Positions 27,620-37,030 of a DNA stretch of 64,000 nt are shown here, piece after piece. The translations under genes were made by a program, and so were the position numbers. The notes beneath the pieces were generated by a model. It made no database searches, was not told where the DNA came from, and saw only the letters and a list, made by a program, of their open reading frames with translations. Numbering within the stretch: the stretch's first letter is position 1; every line of letters begins with the position of its first letter. The DNA comes from Polyangiales bacterium. Its GTDB lineage: Bacteria > Myxococcota_A > Polyangia > Polyangiales > Houyiibacteriaceae. Location: positions 1-64,000 of the forward strand of contig JBGCFM010000049.1 in the NCBI GenBank assembly GCA_045106895.1, in the 5' to 3' direction.

Positions 27620-30600
27620 GCGACGAAGCTCAGCGTCGAGGTGCTCGGCGAGCGTTGCGGCATGCGGCGGCAGTAGCATCGAAAGGTGGTCGCCTGGCAC
27701 ATCGATGACGTCCACGTCGTCTGCGTGGGCGCGCCATCCAAGAGCGCTCTCCTTGTACGCCTTTGAGTAGAAGATATCTTGCGTAGCGCGGAAGAGAGTG
27801 AGCTTTCCGGGGTAGGGGCGCATCATGTACATATGCGCGGCGCTGGCGTTGTCGTCGATAAACTCGAGGATTCGCAACTCCTCTCCGACTTCGACGCCGA
27901 GGGTGCGTTTGACCCGTAGCTGGACACGGTCGAAGAGCTCCCGAGCACGGATGACGCGTGACATGGCCTTTTCTTTGAAATAGGTGATGCCACCGCTTCG
28001 GATGATCTCCCTCGCGTGGAGGCGTATTCGCTGGCGTAGACCGACGCTGTCGAGGGACCCCGGCGCGAGGGCGTCGAAGAGAGCGACGAGCCCCACTTCT
28101 CGCCCGCGTGCGCGCAGCTCGTGGGCTACTTCAAACGCGACGAGTCCACCGAGAGACACCGCCCCGATGGCGATGGGGCCCTCCGGCGCGTAGCGCATGA
28201 TCTCGTCGACGTAGCCACCCGCGACGTCGACGACCTCGGTGCGTGCACCTTCCTCTCGAAGCGCGACGGCGAGGCCAACGACCGGCTGATCGGGTCCGAG
28301 ACACTCGGCGAGGGGCGTGAAGAGGGCGCCGTTCGTTCCCAGAACATGAATCGCAAAGAACGGCGGTTTGGACCCGGCGGGCTGAATTGGATAGACGTAC
28401 TGCCACCCCTCCTCATCGCCCTTTTCTGACATCCAGTCGGCGAGTTCCGCCGGGCTCGGCGACATGCGCAGCGCGGCAAGAGAGGGGCGAGTCCCGAGTT
28501 TGCCCTCGATGCTGTCGAGCAGACGAATCGCGACGAGAGACTGGCCACCAAGGTCGAAGAACGAATCGTTGGGTCGCACGTTCGGAAGACCGAGGGCTTG
28601 GGCGAAGAGGGCGCAGAGCGTTCGGTCCGTGTCGTGGCGCGGTTCCTCCGATACGCCGCTTTCTGCGAGTTTCGGCGCAGGCAGCTGCGCGCGGTCGATT
28701 TTTCCTCCGGGGGTTCGCGGAAAACTCGTCATACAAACGTATGCCGCGGGAACCATGTGAAGCGGCAAACGCCCGCGGAGTCGTCGACGGACTTCTGCTT
28801 CGTCGAGCTGCTTGGAGGTACGAAGCCACGCCACGAGCTGCTTCTCTGGAGAGAGCGCGACGAGCGCTTCTTCTACATTCTCGAACATCTCCAGCGCTCG
28901 TTCGATCTCGCCGGGTTCGATGCGAAACCCGCGGACCTTCAGCTGCCGGTCTACACGGCCTGCGAACTCAAGACAGCCAGAGGGCAGCCATCGGCAGCGG
29001 TCGCCACTTGCGTAGACGCGCTCTCCGGAAAAAGCGACGTCGTCGATGAAGCACTTCGCGCTTTTCTCCGGCGCGCCAAGATACCCATTCGCGACGCTGG
29101 CCCCGCCAATGAAGAGCTCTCCGAATACGCCGACGGGCACCGGCCGCATGCGCGGACCTAGGACGTAGGCGGTAGCGTTGCGCGTCGGTCGACCGATGGG
29201 GATCTCTTGATCGTCTTCCAGTTCTTCGGCGAGGGCATCGAAGGTGGTGCAGGTGATCGTCGTCTCCGTCGGCCCGTAGCCGTTGAGCCAGCGGACATCC
29301 GGAACCAGTCTGGCCCAAAGGTCGCGGACGACTCGCAAAGCCTTTTCGCCACCCACCACGACGAGGCGCACGCTCTTGGGCAGGGCGAGCGAACGCTCAT
29401 CCATTTGAATCGCGAGTTCGTGCCAGAACGCCGTAGGAATGTTGAGGACGGTGATCGCCGCGTCTTCTGTTTGTTTCAGAAACTCCGACACGGACTCGCT
29501 CATCGCCTGGTTGCGAAGAACGAGCGTGGCGCCGGACAACCAGGTGGGGAGCATCTCTTCGATGGCGACGTCAAAGCTGAAGCTCGCAAATTGCAGGCAC
29601 TGGTCTGTTGCTTCGAGCTCGAAGAGGCTCGCCGCGGCGCGATTGTGAGCGACGAGCGCGCCGTGTGAGACGACGACGCCCTTCGGCATACCCGTCGAGC
29701 CTGAGGTGTAGATAATGTAGGCCGGGTCTGAATCGGTTATCGAGGGCGTCACGGTGTCGTCGGACTCCCCGGAGTCCACGCTCCCCGTCGGCGCGTCTTC
29801 CACGAAGAGCGTGTTTTGTGTCGTCAACACGAGCGAGCGTGCGACGTCTCTGCGCGTCAGAACAACCTGCGCCGCAGAGTCTTCGAGCATGTGGGTGAGA
29901 GCAGCGGTTGGGTAGGCGGGGTCGAGAGGGATATACGCTGCGCCACTCTTGAGCACTCCCAGGATCGACACCGCCAATTCCGTGGAGCGCGGGAGACACA
30001 CCGCGACGCGGTGACCGCGCTCGACGCCTTGTGCCTTGAGCCTGCGGGCGATGTCGTCCGAACGCCGATCCAGCTCCGCGTAGCTGAGCGCGTCGGTGGA
30101 GTCGACGCTTCGGAGGGCGATGGAGTCCGGGGAGCGCTTCACCTGCGCCGCGAACGCTTCCACGTACGTAGTACCGTCCCGACGAATTGGGTTTGAAGGG
30201 CGCCCAAAGGCGAGGAGCTCTTCGCGCTCGTTGTCCCCGAGCAGTGAAATCGTCTCGATGCGTGTATCACTGTCCGCGCGTGCGAGGTGTGAGAGCACGT
30301 TGGAGAAGTGCTTGTGAAGACGTTTGATCGACGCTTCATCGTAGCGCGAAGAGTCGTATTCGATGTGGACATCGAGACCGTCGTCGCTGAGGTAGAGCGC
30401 GAGGGTGAGAGGAATCGACCCCTGCTCGAGGAGGGTTGTGCGTCGGTTCTTCCAAGCGCCGCCGTTCGCGCGGAGTCGTGCGTCGAGGTAGTAGCGCTCG
30501 AACACGACGTTGGTCGTGAGTGGGGCTTCACCCGGTTGGCCGCACCAGCGCTGAATGTCCACAAGCGGAGTGTGTTCGTGTTCGCGCAATCCGATAGACT

Positions 30601-31570
30601 GTTCGCGAAGTCGGCCGACGAGCTCCCCAACGGTGTCGTCGTCGCCGATGAGCGCGCGCACGGGAAGCGTGTTGATGAAGCAACCGGCGGTGTGTTTGGC
30701 CTCGGCGAAAGTGTGCCGGCCGGACCGTGTGGAGCCAAAAACGACATCCCCTGCGCCCACATAGCGCGCGAGGGTGATGCCCCAACCTGCCTGAAGACAC
30801 GTATAGAGGGTCGTGTTTGTTGCGTCGCTGAGGCGCTCCAGGCCGCGGGTGACCTGAGTCGATATGGTGTCGGCGAATTCCCTCTGTTGCTGAGTGCCGG
30901 AGCGCGAGTGCTCCACCGGCAGAGTCGTAATCTCGCACCCCTGGAGGAGCTCTTGAAAGAAGGCCTTGGCGCCGGGCACATCTCGATGGCGGAGCGCCTC
31001 CAGGTGCGGCCGCATCGTGGTTGTCGGCGAGATGTCGGGGCGCTCGCCCTTGCGAAGCTGCTCGTACGCGTGAAAAGCCTCTTCAAGAACAAGGGTGAAC
31101 CCGCGACCGTCCAGGATGGCGTGATGGAACGTCCACACCAGCGTCCAGGATGTGTCCGCGCAGCGAAAGAGATTCAGGCGCATCGGCGCCGCTTCGTCGA
31201 GCTTCACGCCGGCTTGTCGGTCGGCTTCGATGAACGCTTGGAGTTTCGTGTTCTGCTGGACCACGCTGAGGTTTCGCCAGTCATGGGGATCGTAGCGAAG
31301 AGGTGCGTCCGAATGAATGTGCTGAAGTGGGACGTCCAACCCCGCCCATCGAAACGACGTTCGGAGCGATGCGTGACGTTTCTGAACCGCGCGCCACGCT
31401 TGTCGCAGCATCTCTGGGTCCAGCTCCTCATCCATCCGGATGACGATCTGCTCGACGTTTAGCCAAGGGCGGTCCGACAGCACACTCTCGAAGAGCATTC
31501 CGTGCTGCATGGGTGTCAGTTCGAACTGATCGATGACACCTGGGCCTAGGTTGACTGCGTCTCTATTCAT
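27605..31570 (-). CDS. Monomodular NRPS: C-A-PCP-TE
   Basis: C: HHAILDG. A: YTSGSTGMPKG, FDVAIEE, NGYGPTE, SGDR, KVRGFRIEPGEIE, PGGKIDR. PCP: FFDLGGQSL. TE: AVSLGG, FD, GDHLSM. Confidence 0.95.
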   Translation of the reverse strand: MNRDAVNLGPGVIDQFELTPMQHGMLFESVLSDRPWLNVEQIVIRMDEELDPEMLRQAWRAVQKRHASLRTSFRWAGLDVPLQHIHSDAPLRYDPHDWRNLSVVQQNTKLQAFIEADRQAGVKLDEAAPMRLNLFRCADTSWTLVWTFHHAILDGRGFTLVLEEAFHAYEQLRKGERPDISPTTTMRPHLEALRHRDVPGAKAFFQELLQGCEITTLPVEHSRSGTQQQREFADTISTQVTRGLERLSDATNTTLYTCLQAGWGITLARYVGAGDVVFGSTRSGRHTFAEAKHTAGCFINTLPVRALIGDDDTVGELVGRLREQSIGLREHEHTPLVDIQRWCGQPGEAPLTTNVVFERYYLDARLRANGGAWKNRRTTLLEQGSIPLTLALYLSDDGLDVHIEYDSSRYDEASIKRLHKHFSNVLSHLARADSDTRIETISLLGDNEREELLAFGRPSNPIRRDGTTYVEAFAAQVKRSPDSIALRSVDSTDALSYAELDRRSDDIARRLKAQGVERGHRVAVCLPRSTELAVSILGVLKSGAAYIPLDPAYPTAALTHMLEDSAAQVVLTRRDVARSLVLTTQNTLFVEDAPTGSVDSGESDDTVTPSITDSDPAYIIYTSGSTGMPKGVVVSHGALVAHNRAAASLFELEATDQCLQFASFSFDVAIEEMLPTWLSGATLVLRNQAMSESVSEFLKQTEDAAITVLNIPTAFWHELAIQMDERSLALPKSVRLVVVGGEKALRVVRDLWARLVPDVRWLNGYGPTETTITCTTFDALAEELEDDQEIPIGRPTRNATAYVLGPRMRPVPVGVFGELFIGGASVANGYLGAPEKSAKCFIDDVAFSGERVYASGDRCRWLPSGCLEFAGRVDRQLKVRGFRIEPGEIERALEMFENVEEALVALSPEKQLVAWLRTSKQLDEAEVRRRLRGRLPLHMVPAAYVCMTSFPRTPGGKIDRAQLPAPKLAESGVSEEPRHDTDRTLCALFAQALGLPNVRPNDSFFDLGGQSLVAIRLLDSIEGKLGTRPSLAALRMSPSPAELADWMSEKGDEEGWQYVYPIQPAGSKPPFFAIHVLGTNGALFTPLAECLGPDQPVVGLAVALREEGARTEVVDVAGGYVDEIMRYAPEGPIAIGAVSLGGLVAFEVAHELRARGREVGLVALFDALAPGSLDSVGLRQRIRLHAREIIRSGGITYFKEKAMSRVIRARELFDRVQLRVKRTLGVEVGEELRILEFIDDNASAAHMYMMRPYPGKLTLFRATQDIFYSKAYKESALGWRAHADDVDVIDVPGDHLSMLLPPHAATLAEHLDAELRRLRGD

Positions 31571-31666
31571 TGAAAAGCCAGGGGTTGCTGGTTGATGCGA
31601 AGCGTATCGTGACGTCTTTTACCGTCTATTGGGGGATCGTTCTATCCCACTATCGTATGTGTTGAG

Positions 31667-32731
31667 TCAGGGCTGTCGAAAAGCCCGGCGGAGAACGTCC
31701 TCGGCAGGCTTTCCGCGTGGCGAAAACCCACGGGGCCCTTCTTCCAATGAGCTGGGATTTGTGAACCATTTCCAAATGTAGACCCCTCGGATCCACCGCT
31801 CACTTGCGACTTGTCGGAAGAGGATCTCGTACGCCTGCGCTTGCGCGGCTTCATCGACCGGAGAGTCCGAACGCTCGGTCCATTCATAGGGGCGTACGGC
31901 GGTGTCTTCTGTCGCTTTGTAGCCCACCTCGGTCAGCAACACGGGGCGCTCAAAGCGCACTGAGATTCGCTCGAGGCCCGCGAGGTGGCCGCGCAGTCGT
32001 TCGCCCATCGCCTCCGCGGAATCGCCCGGGGCGGAGGCAAGAGGTGGGTAGAACTGCACGCCAATATAATCGACTGCGTCCCAGAAAAGAACGTCATCGA
32101 CGGAGTCCCAGTTGGCGCAGTAGGTGAGCTCCCCAGAGTAGACGGCACGAATCTCTTCGATGAGGGCTCGCCACTCGTGGGCGTGTTGTGCGCTGGACCG
32201 TAGCTCCGTCCCAATGGCGAGGAGTGGCACCGACTCCTCTTCCGCGATGCGGGCGTAGATCAGAATCCACTCGCGATAAGACTGAAACCACGCGTGCCAA
32301 TCGCCCGGCTCCAGTTCGGCACGCCATTCGCCACGCCCAACCCAGATATGTGGTTTGAGGAGCGTCTGAATACCCCGATCACGCGCGGCGCGAATCTCGG
32401 CCCGGACCTGCGCATCTCGCTCGCCGCCTCTCCGATCCCCAACGTGCTCCACGGACTCGCTCTGAAGCGAGGCCATGAAACCGAAGGGCGTCAGGCTGAC
32501 CCACTCGACGCCCAGTTCCTTCAGCTCGTCGAGGGTAGCGGCGCTGGTGTCGCTCCCATACCCGTGCTCTCCGCCGCTCTCCCAAGAGTGGGCGAGGCAC
32601 ATGCCGCGCTGAACCTCCGCGGCGAGCGCCGCCGTGGGTGTTGATGCGGGACGCGCCTCGTCCATTGCAGCGTGTCGGGCGGTGGGGGCAACGCACTCAC
32701 AAGTGGTTAGGAGTAGGAGAAGAACACGCAC
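31667..32731 (-). CDS. Glycoside hydrolase family 113-like TIM-barrel protein
   Basis: LKPHIW, IGTEL, TYCANWD, WDAVDYIGVQFYPPL, LTEVGY. Confidence 0.8.
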   Translation of the reverse strand: MRVLLLLLTTCECVAPTARHAAMDEARPASTPTAALAAEVQRGMCLAHSWESGGEHGYGSDTSAATLDELKELGVEWVSLTPFGFMASLQSESVEHVGDRRGGERDAQVRAEIRAARDRGIQTLLKPHIWVGRGEWRAELEPGDWHAWFQSYREWILIYARIAEEESVPLLAIGTELRSSAQHAHEWRALIEEIRAVYSGELTYCANWDSVDDVLFWDAVDYIGVQFYPPLASAPGDSAEAMGERLRGHLAGLERISVRFERPVLLTEVGYKATEDTAVRPYEWTERSDSPVDEAAQAQAYEILFRQVASERWIRGVYIWKWFTNPSSLEEGPRGFSPRGKPAEDVLRRAFRQP

Positions 32732-32880
32732 GTCGGTTTCACCTTTTCATAGACGAAAAAGCCCCACAAGTGCGCTGGCGAGAACATCGACGCTTGGGGC
32801 TCGTGTTCGTTGTTTTCGGTGGTGCCATTTCGTACCATCCGTGTCCCAGCCACCTTGGGCTTGGGACGAAAGTAGATGGA

Positions 32881-33534
32881 ATGAAGCGACTGGCTTTGGC
32901 TCTAACCCTCACGACGCTCGGCATCAGCTCCACCGCCTGGGCTGGCGCGGTGCGTGGGCGGCTCGCGATCGGCAATCAGGCTGTGCCGGAATCACAGCAA
33001 GCGGAGCACTACTGGAACGCGTGGAACGGGTTCATCGCGGCAGGCGAGATGAACATCGACATCACGCGGGAGCTCAGCGTGGTGCTTCGTGGCGGCGCGG
33101 CCGAAGAGCCCGTTGGCTGCGAGTACACCATGAGCGGAGGCGACCTCAGTTCGCGCACCATGGTCGTCAAGACCGGCGCACGTATCCGACTCGTCAACGG
33201 CGATGGCGCTGTCCACGAACTCGCCATCGACGGGCTCGGCGACGAGGGCGCGACCTTGCCCACGGCGCCTGGCAACGCGCGTCAGCTCACGATTCCGGCG
33301 GGCGGCCCCTACGCCATTACGGACGCACTCTACGCACACGTTCAAGGAACCATCGTTCCCGTCGACGACCTCGCCGCTTGCGGCAGTGTTGAGGCGAACG
33401 GTGCCTTCACGCTCCCCGAAGTTCCTGCAGGTGACTACGTGTTGGCGGTCTACCGCAACGGCGAACAGGTTCATGAGCAGAACGTCACCCTCGAAGCCGG
33501 CGTCGTCGAAGTCGACCGAATCAGTCTGGACTAA
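32881..33534 (+). CDS. Secreted cupredoxin-like / carboxypeptidase-regulatory-like domain protein
   Basis: Signal peptide (STAWA|G), LVNGDGAVHEL, GAFTLPEVPAGDYVL. Confidence 0.65.
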   Translation: MKRLALALTLTTLGISSTAWAGAVRGRLAIGNQAVPESQQAEHYWNAWNGFIAAGEMNIDITRELSVVLRGGAAEEPVGCEYTMSGGDLSSRTMVVKTGARIRLVNGDGAVHELAIDGLGDEGATLPTAPGNARQLTIPAGGPYAITDALYAHVQGTIVPVDDLAACGSVEANGAFTLPEVPAGDYVLAVYRNGEQVHEQNVTLEAGVVEVDRISLD

Positions 33535-33539
33535 CTCGA

Positions 33540-35183
33540 ATGTTTTCACGTCTTTGGTATTTCGTTATCGCGGCTGTGGCCGGCGCTGGTCTCGCCGGCG
33601 CTTTCATCGCCCAATCCACCCTCGACCATCGCTCGGAGGTTGAGGTTCAAGACAGCCTTCGTCGAGACCGTGCCGAGCTTGAGCTCTGGCTGCGTTACGA
33701 CGCTCGCGCACGCCTCGACTCCTTGGGTCCAATGGCCGCTCATCAAGATGTCCGCACGGCCCTCGCTGCCGCGAGCGGTGGTCGGCGCGGAAGCCTTGAC
33801 GCCGATGCTCGCGCTGCCCTTGGAAACACCCTCGCGGGTCTGAACGAGCAGCTCGAGGAGGGCGCAGCGCAGCTCCTCTTCGCGCTGGACGGTCAAGGAA
33901 CCATCGTCGCGCAGCTCGGAGGGACGACACCCCCAGTCGGCGCGGGTCTCGGCGCTTTCCCAGTGGTTCGTCGCGCGCTGAACGGGTTTCAGACCGATGA
34001 CGTTCTTGTCTATAACGGGGACGTCTACCGTGCAGCGGCGCGTCCTGTCGTTCAGGGCGGACGCTACGTAGGCGCCATCGTTCACTGCAGCGAGATGGGC
34101 GCGCAGCTGGCGCAGCGCATTGGTAGCCGGCTCTCGGGAGCGACCCTTGGGTTCTTCTTCCGCGGCGACATCTTGGCGACACATTCGCCGGACGCGAGCG
34201 TGGGACGGACGGAGATGGAAGCGAACCTTGGCTCCGCCTTGGAGCTGGAGGAGCTCCAGGAGAACGGCCACACGGCGCCGGTCGAAATGGGCGAAGGCCG
34301 GATGGCGGTGTGGGCATACGCAACAGGCAGCGCTCGCCACGCAGGTGCAGGCTACGTCCTTGCTCGTCCAGTGCCGCTCTTGGGTTCTCCCATGGCGCTC
34401 TTCAGCTCTATCCCCGACAGCGTGATGGCGGCCATCAACTGGCCTCTCGTCGCAGGTCTCCCGCTGCTCTTGGGTCTGCTTGGACTCCTCTTGATGTTCC
34501 TCGAGCGCGACCGACCCTTCGGGCGCTTTCGAACCGCCGTCACCGCGCTCGGCGAAGGCCGAACACAACACCTGGAAGAGGCGGCGTTGCCGGCTCGGTT
34601 CCGAAAGCTCGCGCACGACGTCAATGAAGGGCTCTCGCGAGCGGGTGCGGGCGGGGCAGCTGCGCCAAAGGCGACGGCGGACCTCGATCAGATCCTCGGC
34701 GACGCTCCCTCTTCTTCGAGCACCCCGTACTTTGGGTTCGCGCCAGAGCCGGAGGCCCCGGCGGCCCCGCCGTCCATGCTGCCACTCGACGGATCCGACC
34801 TGGAATCGATAGCTCCAGGGCCGAACGACCGACCCACAAGCCCCCCGCCTCCCGGGGCAGCACCGCCGCCGCCGCCGACGTCGGCCTTCGACGATGACGA
34901 TGAGTCTGGAGCAACGATGGTCGCTGCCGTTCCTTCGGAGCTCCTTGCTGCGTCGTCTCATAGCCCCCTCGATCGGCACTATCGTGCGGTCTATGACGAG
35001 TTCGTTACGCTCAAGAAGAAATGCGGCGAACCCACCTCCGGGCTCACCTTCGAGAAGCTGCTCACGACGCTTCGGAAGAACGCCGAGACCATCAAGGCGA
35101 AGCACAACGTCGACGAGGTTCGGTTCACGGTCTACGAAAAGGCGGGCAAGGCTGCTCTAAAGGCGACACCCGTGAAACGCTGA
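33540..35183 (+). CDS. MXAN_5187-like membrane protein (Cache-like periplasmic domain, Pro-rich linker, conserved C-terminal domain)
   Basis: Two TM segments. C-terminus YDEFVTLKKKCGEPTSGLTFEKL...VRFTVYEKAGKAALKATP. Confidence 0.75.
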   Translation: MFSRLWYFVIAAVAGAGLAGAFIAQSTLDHRSEVEVQDSLRRDRAELELWLRYDARARLDSLGPMAAHQDVRTALAAASGGRRGSLDADARAALGNTLAGLNEQLEEGAAQLLFALDGQGTIVAQLGGTTPPVGAGLGAFPVVRRALNGFQTDDVLVYNGDVYRAAARPVVQGGRYVGAIVHCSEMGAQLAQRIGSRLSGATLGFFFRGDILATHSPDASVGRTEMEANLGSALELEELQENGHTAPVEMGEGRMAVWAYATGSARHAGAGYVLARPVPLLGSPMALFSSIPDSVMAAINWPLVAGLPLLLGLLGLLLMFLERDRPFGRFRTAVTALGEGRTQHLEEAALPARFRKLAHDVNEGLSRAGAGGAAAPKATADLDQILGDAPSSSSTPYFGFAPEPEAPAAPPSMLPLDGSDLESIAPGPNDRPTSPPPPGAAPPPPPTSAFDDDDESGATMVAAVPSELLAASSHSPLDRHYRAVYDEFVTLKKKCGEPTSGLTFEKLLTTLRKNAETIKAKHNVDEVRFTVYEKAGKAALKATPVKR

Positions 35184-35197
35184 CCTTGCACGCGCAC

Positions 35198-35235
35198 AAA
35201 AAAAGAGCCTGCTCGAAACCGAGCGGGCTCTTTTT
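35198..35235. terminator. Bidirectional intrinsic terminator
   Basis: AAAAAAAGAGCCTGCTCG-AAAC-CGAGCGGGCTCTTTTT between converging units. Confidence 0.9.
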
Positions 35236-35242
35236 GATTATG

Positions 35243-35433
35243 GTTCCTTACCGTGAAGAACGTGGGATGAATACGGAGTCGAACCCCTACTTTGCAGTAG
35301 GTGGGAACTGATATCGAACGCTTTAGGCTTCCCGATGACTGATGCCGGTCCTGCACACCACGTTCGCTGAGGGACCCGATTCGACCTGGTCAGGGATTCA
35401 AAACTCCTTCCTCACAAAACTCACAGAGGGAAC
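35243..35433 (-). ncRNA. ssrS: 6S RNA
   Basis: 191-nt rod: GUUCC/GGAAC and CUGUGAG/UUCACGG closing stems, UUGAAUCCC/GGGGUUCGA flanking a central bubble, CCUAC-UGCAAA-GUAGG side hairpin, CGGGAAGCCUAAA and CCCACC motifs. Has its own promoter and terminator. Confidence 0.85.
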
Positions 35434-35439
35434 TCTTTA

Positions 35440-35468
35440 AGAGTACGGCCAAGTGTGCGCAAAATCAA
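35440..35468 (-). promoter_or_regulatory. Sigma70-type promoter of the 6S RNA
   Basis: TTGATT-N17-TACTCT on the minus strand, ending 6 nt before the predicted RNA 5' end. Confidence 0.75.
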
Positions 35469-35482
35469 CGGCCAGGCCGTGC

Positions 35483-36034
35483 TTATCCGCGTCCAAGCCA
35501 CGGAACATCTGGAACGCCGGCTGCATGATTCAAGGCACGTGCCAGCACAAAAAGTAAGTCACTGAGCCGGTTTACATAGTGCATCGCTTCGTCACGAACT
35601 GGCGAAGAAGCACGCAGAGAAACGAGCGAACGTTCCGCGCGTCGGCACACCGTGCGCGCCAAGTGCGCGTGTGCAGCACCCGGCGTGCCGCCCGGAAGCA
35701 CGAAGGTCTTGAGCGGCGGGAGTCCGACTTCGTGACGGTCGATGGCGCCTTCGAGGCCCTCGACGTCGCTAACGTCGAGCCGTGGTTGGCCGCTCGTATC
35801 GCGGCCAGGAGCCGTCGCCAATTCGGCGCCGAGATCAAAGAGCTGACTCTGGATACGCGCGAGGAGCGAATCTATATCGTCGTCGTCCACGTGCGTTCGG
35901 AGGATGCCGATGCAGCTGTTGAGCTCGTCGACCTCGCCGTACGCGTTTACCCGTTCGTCGTCCTTCGACACACGCGCGCCCCCAAAGAGTCCGGTCTCGC
36001 CTTTGTCGCCCGTTTTTGTGTAGATTTTCACCAA
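35483..36034 (-). CDS. PduO-type ATP:cob(I)alamin adenosyltransferase
   Basis: KIYTKTGDKGETGL, YGEVDELNS, RTVCRRAER, NRLSDLLFVLAR. Confidence 0.93.
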   Translation of the reverse strand: MVKIYTKTGDKGETGLFGGARVSKDDERVNAYGEVDELNSCIGILRTHVDDDDIDSLLARIQSQLFDLGAELATAPGRDTSGQPRLDVSDVEGLEGAIDRHEVGLPPLKTFVLPGGTPGAAHAHLARTVCRRAERSLVSLRASSPVRDEAMHYVNRLSDLLFVLARALNHAAGVPDVPWLGRG

Positions 36035-36103
36035 AGGAACGTGACGGAATCAGCCGCGGGGTCAATCGCTCGTCGTTCGGAGCGATCACCGACATCCCAG
36101 GTG

Positions 36104-37027
36104 CTAGTTACCGAAGCGCTCGGGACGTCCGTAGCCAGCCAGGAACGCCGCAGCGGGCAGACGTTTCTTGCCCGCTGGCTGAAGCACGCTCACCGCTAGA
36201 ACGCCGGTCCCGCAGGCGACGAGAATTCCACGTTCGTCGACGCCGACGACATCACCAGGTTCGCCCCGAGCGGGCGCACGCGTCGGCGACGCCTCGTGGA
36301 TCTTCAACACGACGCCATCACGCGTGGTGAAAGGCCCAGGCCAGGGCGTCATCCCGCGCATATGCGCGTGCACTAACGAGACGTCCTTGGACCAGTCGAT
36401 GCGTCCGTCTTCTTTGGTCAGCATTCGCGCGTGGGTGATGCCCTCGCTCGGCTGCGGTTTCGCCAGAAGGCTCCCGGCGACGATCTGAGGAAGCGACTCC
36501 TCAAGCAAGTCAGCGCCGAGTTGCGCGAGCTCCGGCGCGAGGCTGGCGCTGGTGTGCGTCTCGCCGATGAGCATCGCGCGGGTGGCGTAGACGCCGCCGG
36601 TGTCCATGCCTTCATCCATAGCCATGACCGCCACGCCCGTCTCGGCGTCGCCGGAGGCGATGGACCACTGAATCGGACCGGCGCCTCGCCAGCGCGGCAG
36701 AAGGGAGGCGTGAACGTTGACGCAGCCAACGCGTGGCGCTTCAAGAACGGGGAGGGGCAAGATGCGCCCGTAAGCGACGACGACGGCGACATCGAGTTCG
36801 AGTTCGCGTAGCTGCGCCGCGAGCTTTCCGTTTCTTACCTTCTTCGGTTGGAAGACAGGAAGCGAGAGCTCCTCCGCTCGGACTTTTACCGCTGGAGGGC
36901 GAAGGCTCATGCCGCGCCCTGCCGGTCGGTCGGGCTGACTAAAGACGGCCTGGATGTCCGCGATTCGATTCAGCGCATCAAGACAAGGGATCGCAAACGC
37001 GGGTGAACCAAAGAAGGCGGCGCGCAT
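36104..37027 (-). CDS. fmt: Methionyl-tRNA formyltransferase
   Basis: FFGSPAFA, QPDRPAGRG, VVAYGRILP, NVHASLLPRWRGAGPIQW. Confidence 0.96.
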   Translation of the reverse strand: MRAAFFGSPAFAIPCLDALNRIADIQAVFSQPDRPAGRGMSLRPPAVKVRAEELSLPVFQPKKVRNGKLAAQLRELELDVAVVVAYGRILPLPVLEAPRVGCVNVHASLLPRWRGAGPIQWSIASGDAETGVAVMAMDEGMDTGGVYATRAMLIGETHTSASLAPELAQLGADLLEESLPQIVAGSLLAKPQPSEGITHARMLTKEDGRIDWSKDVSLVHAHMRGMTPWPGPFTTRDGVVLKIHEASPTRAPARGEPGDVVGVDERGILVACGTGVLAVSVLQPAGKKRLPAAAFLAGYGRPERFGN

Positions 37028-37030
37028 GCT

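Noticed and set aside
20240..32800. Genomic island integrated at tRNA-Gly
   Set aside because: The content looks accessory, but I found no integrase, no repeat of the tRNA 3' end and no obvious compositional shift.
32828..32880. Hammerhead- or riboswitch-like structure before 32881
   Set aside because: A hairpin plus GAAA is present, but there is no CUGANGA core and no recognisable aptamer.
33546..35105. 519-aa - strand ORF
   Set aside because: Antisense shadow of the MXAN_5187-like gene.
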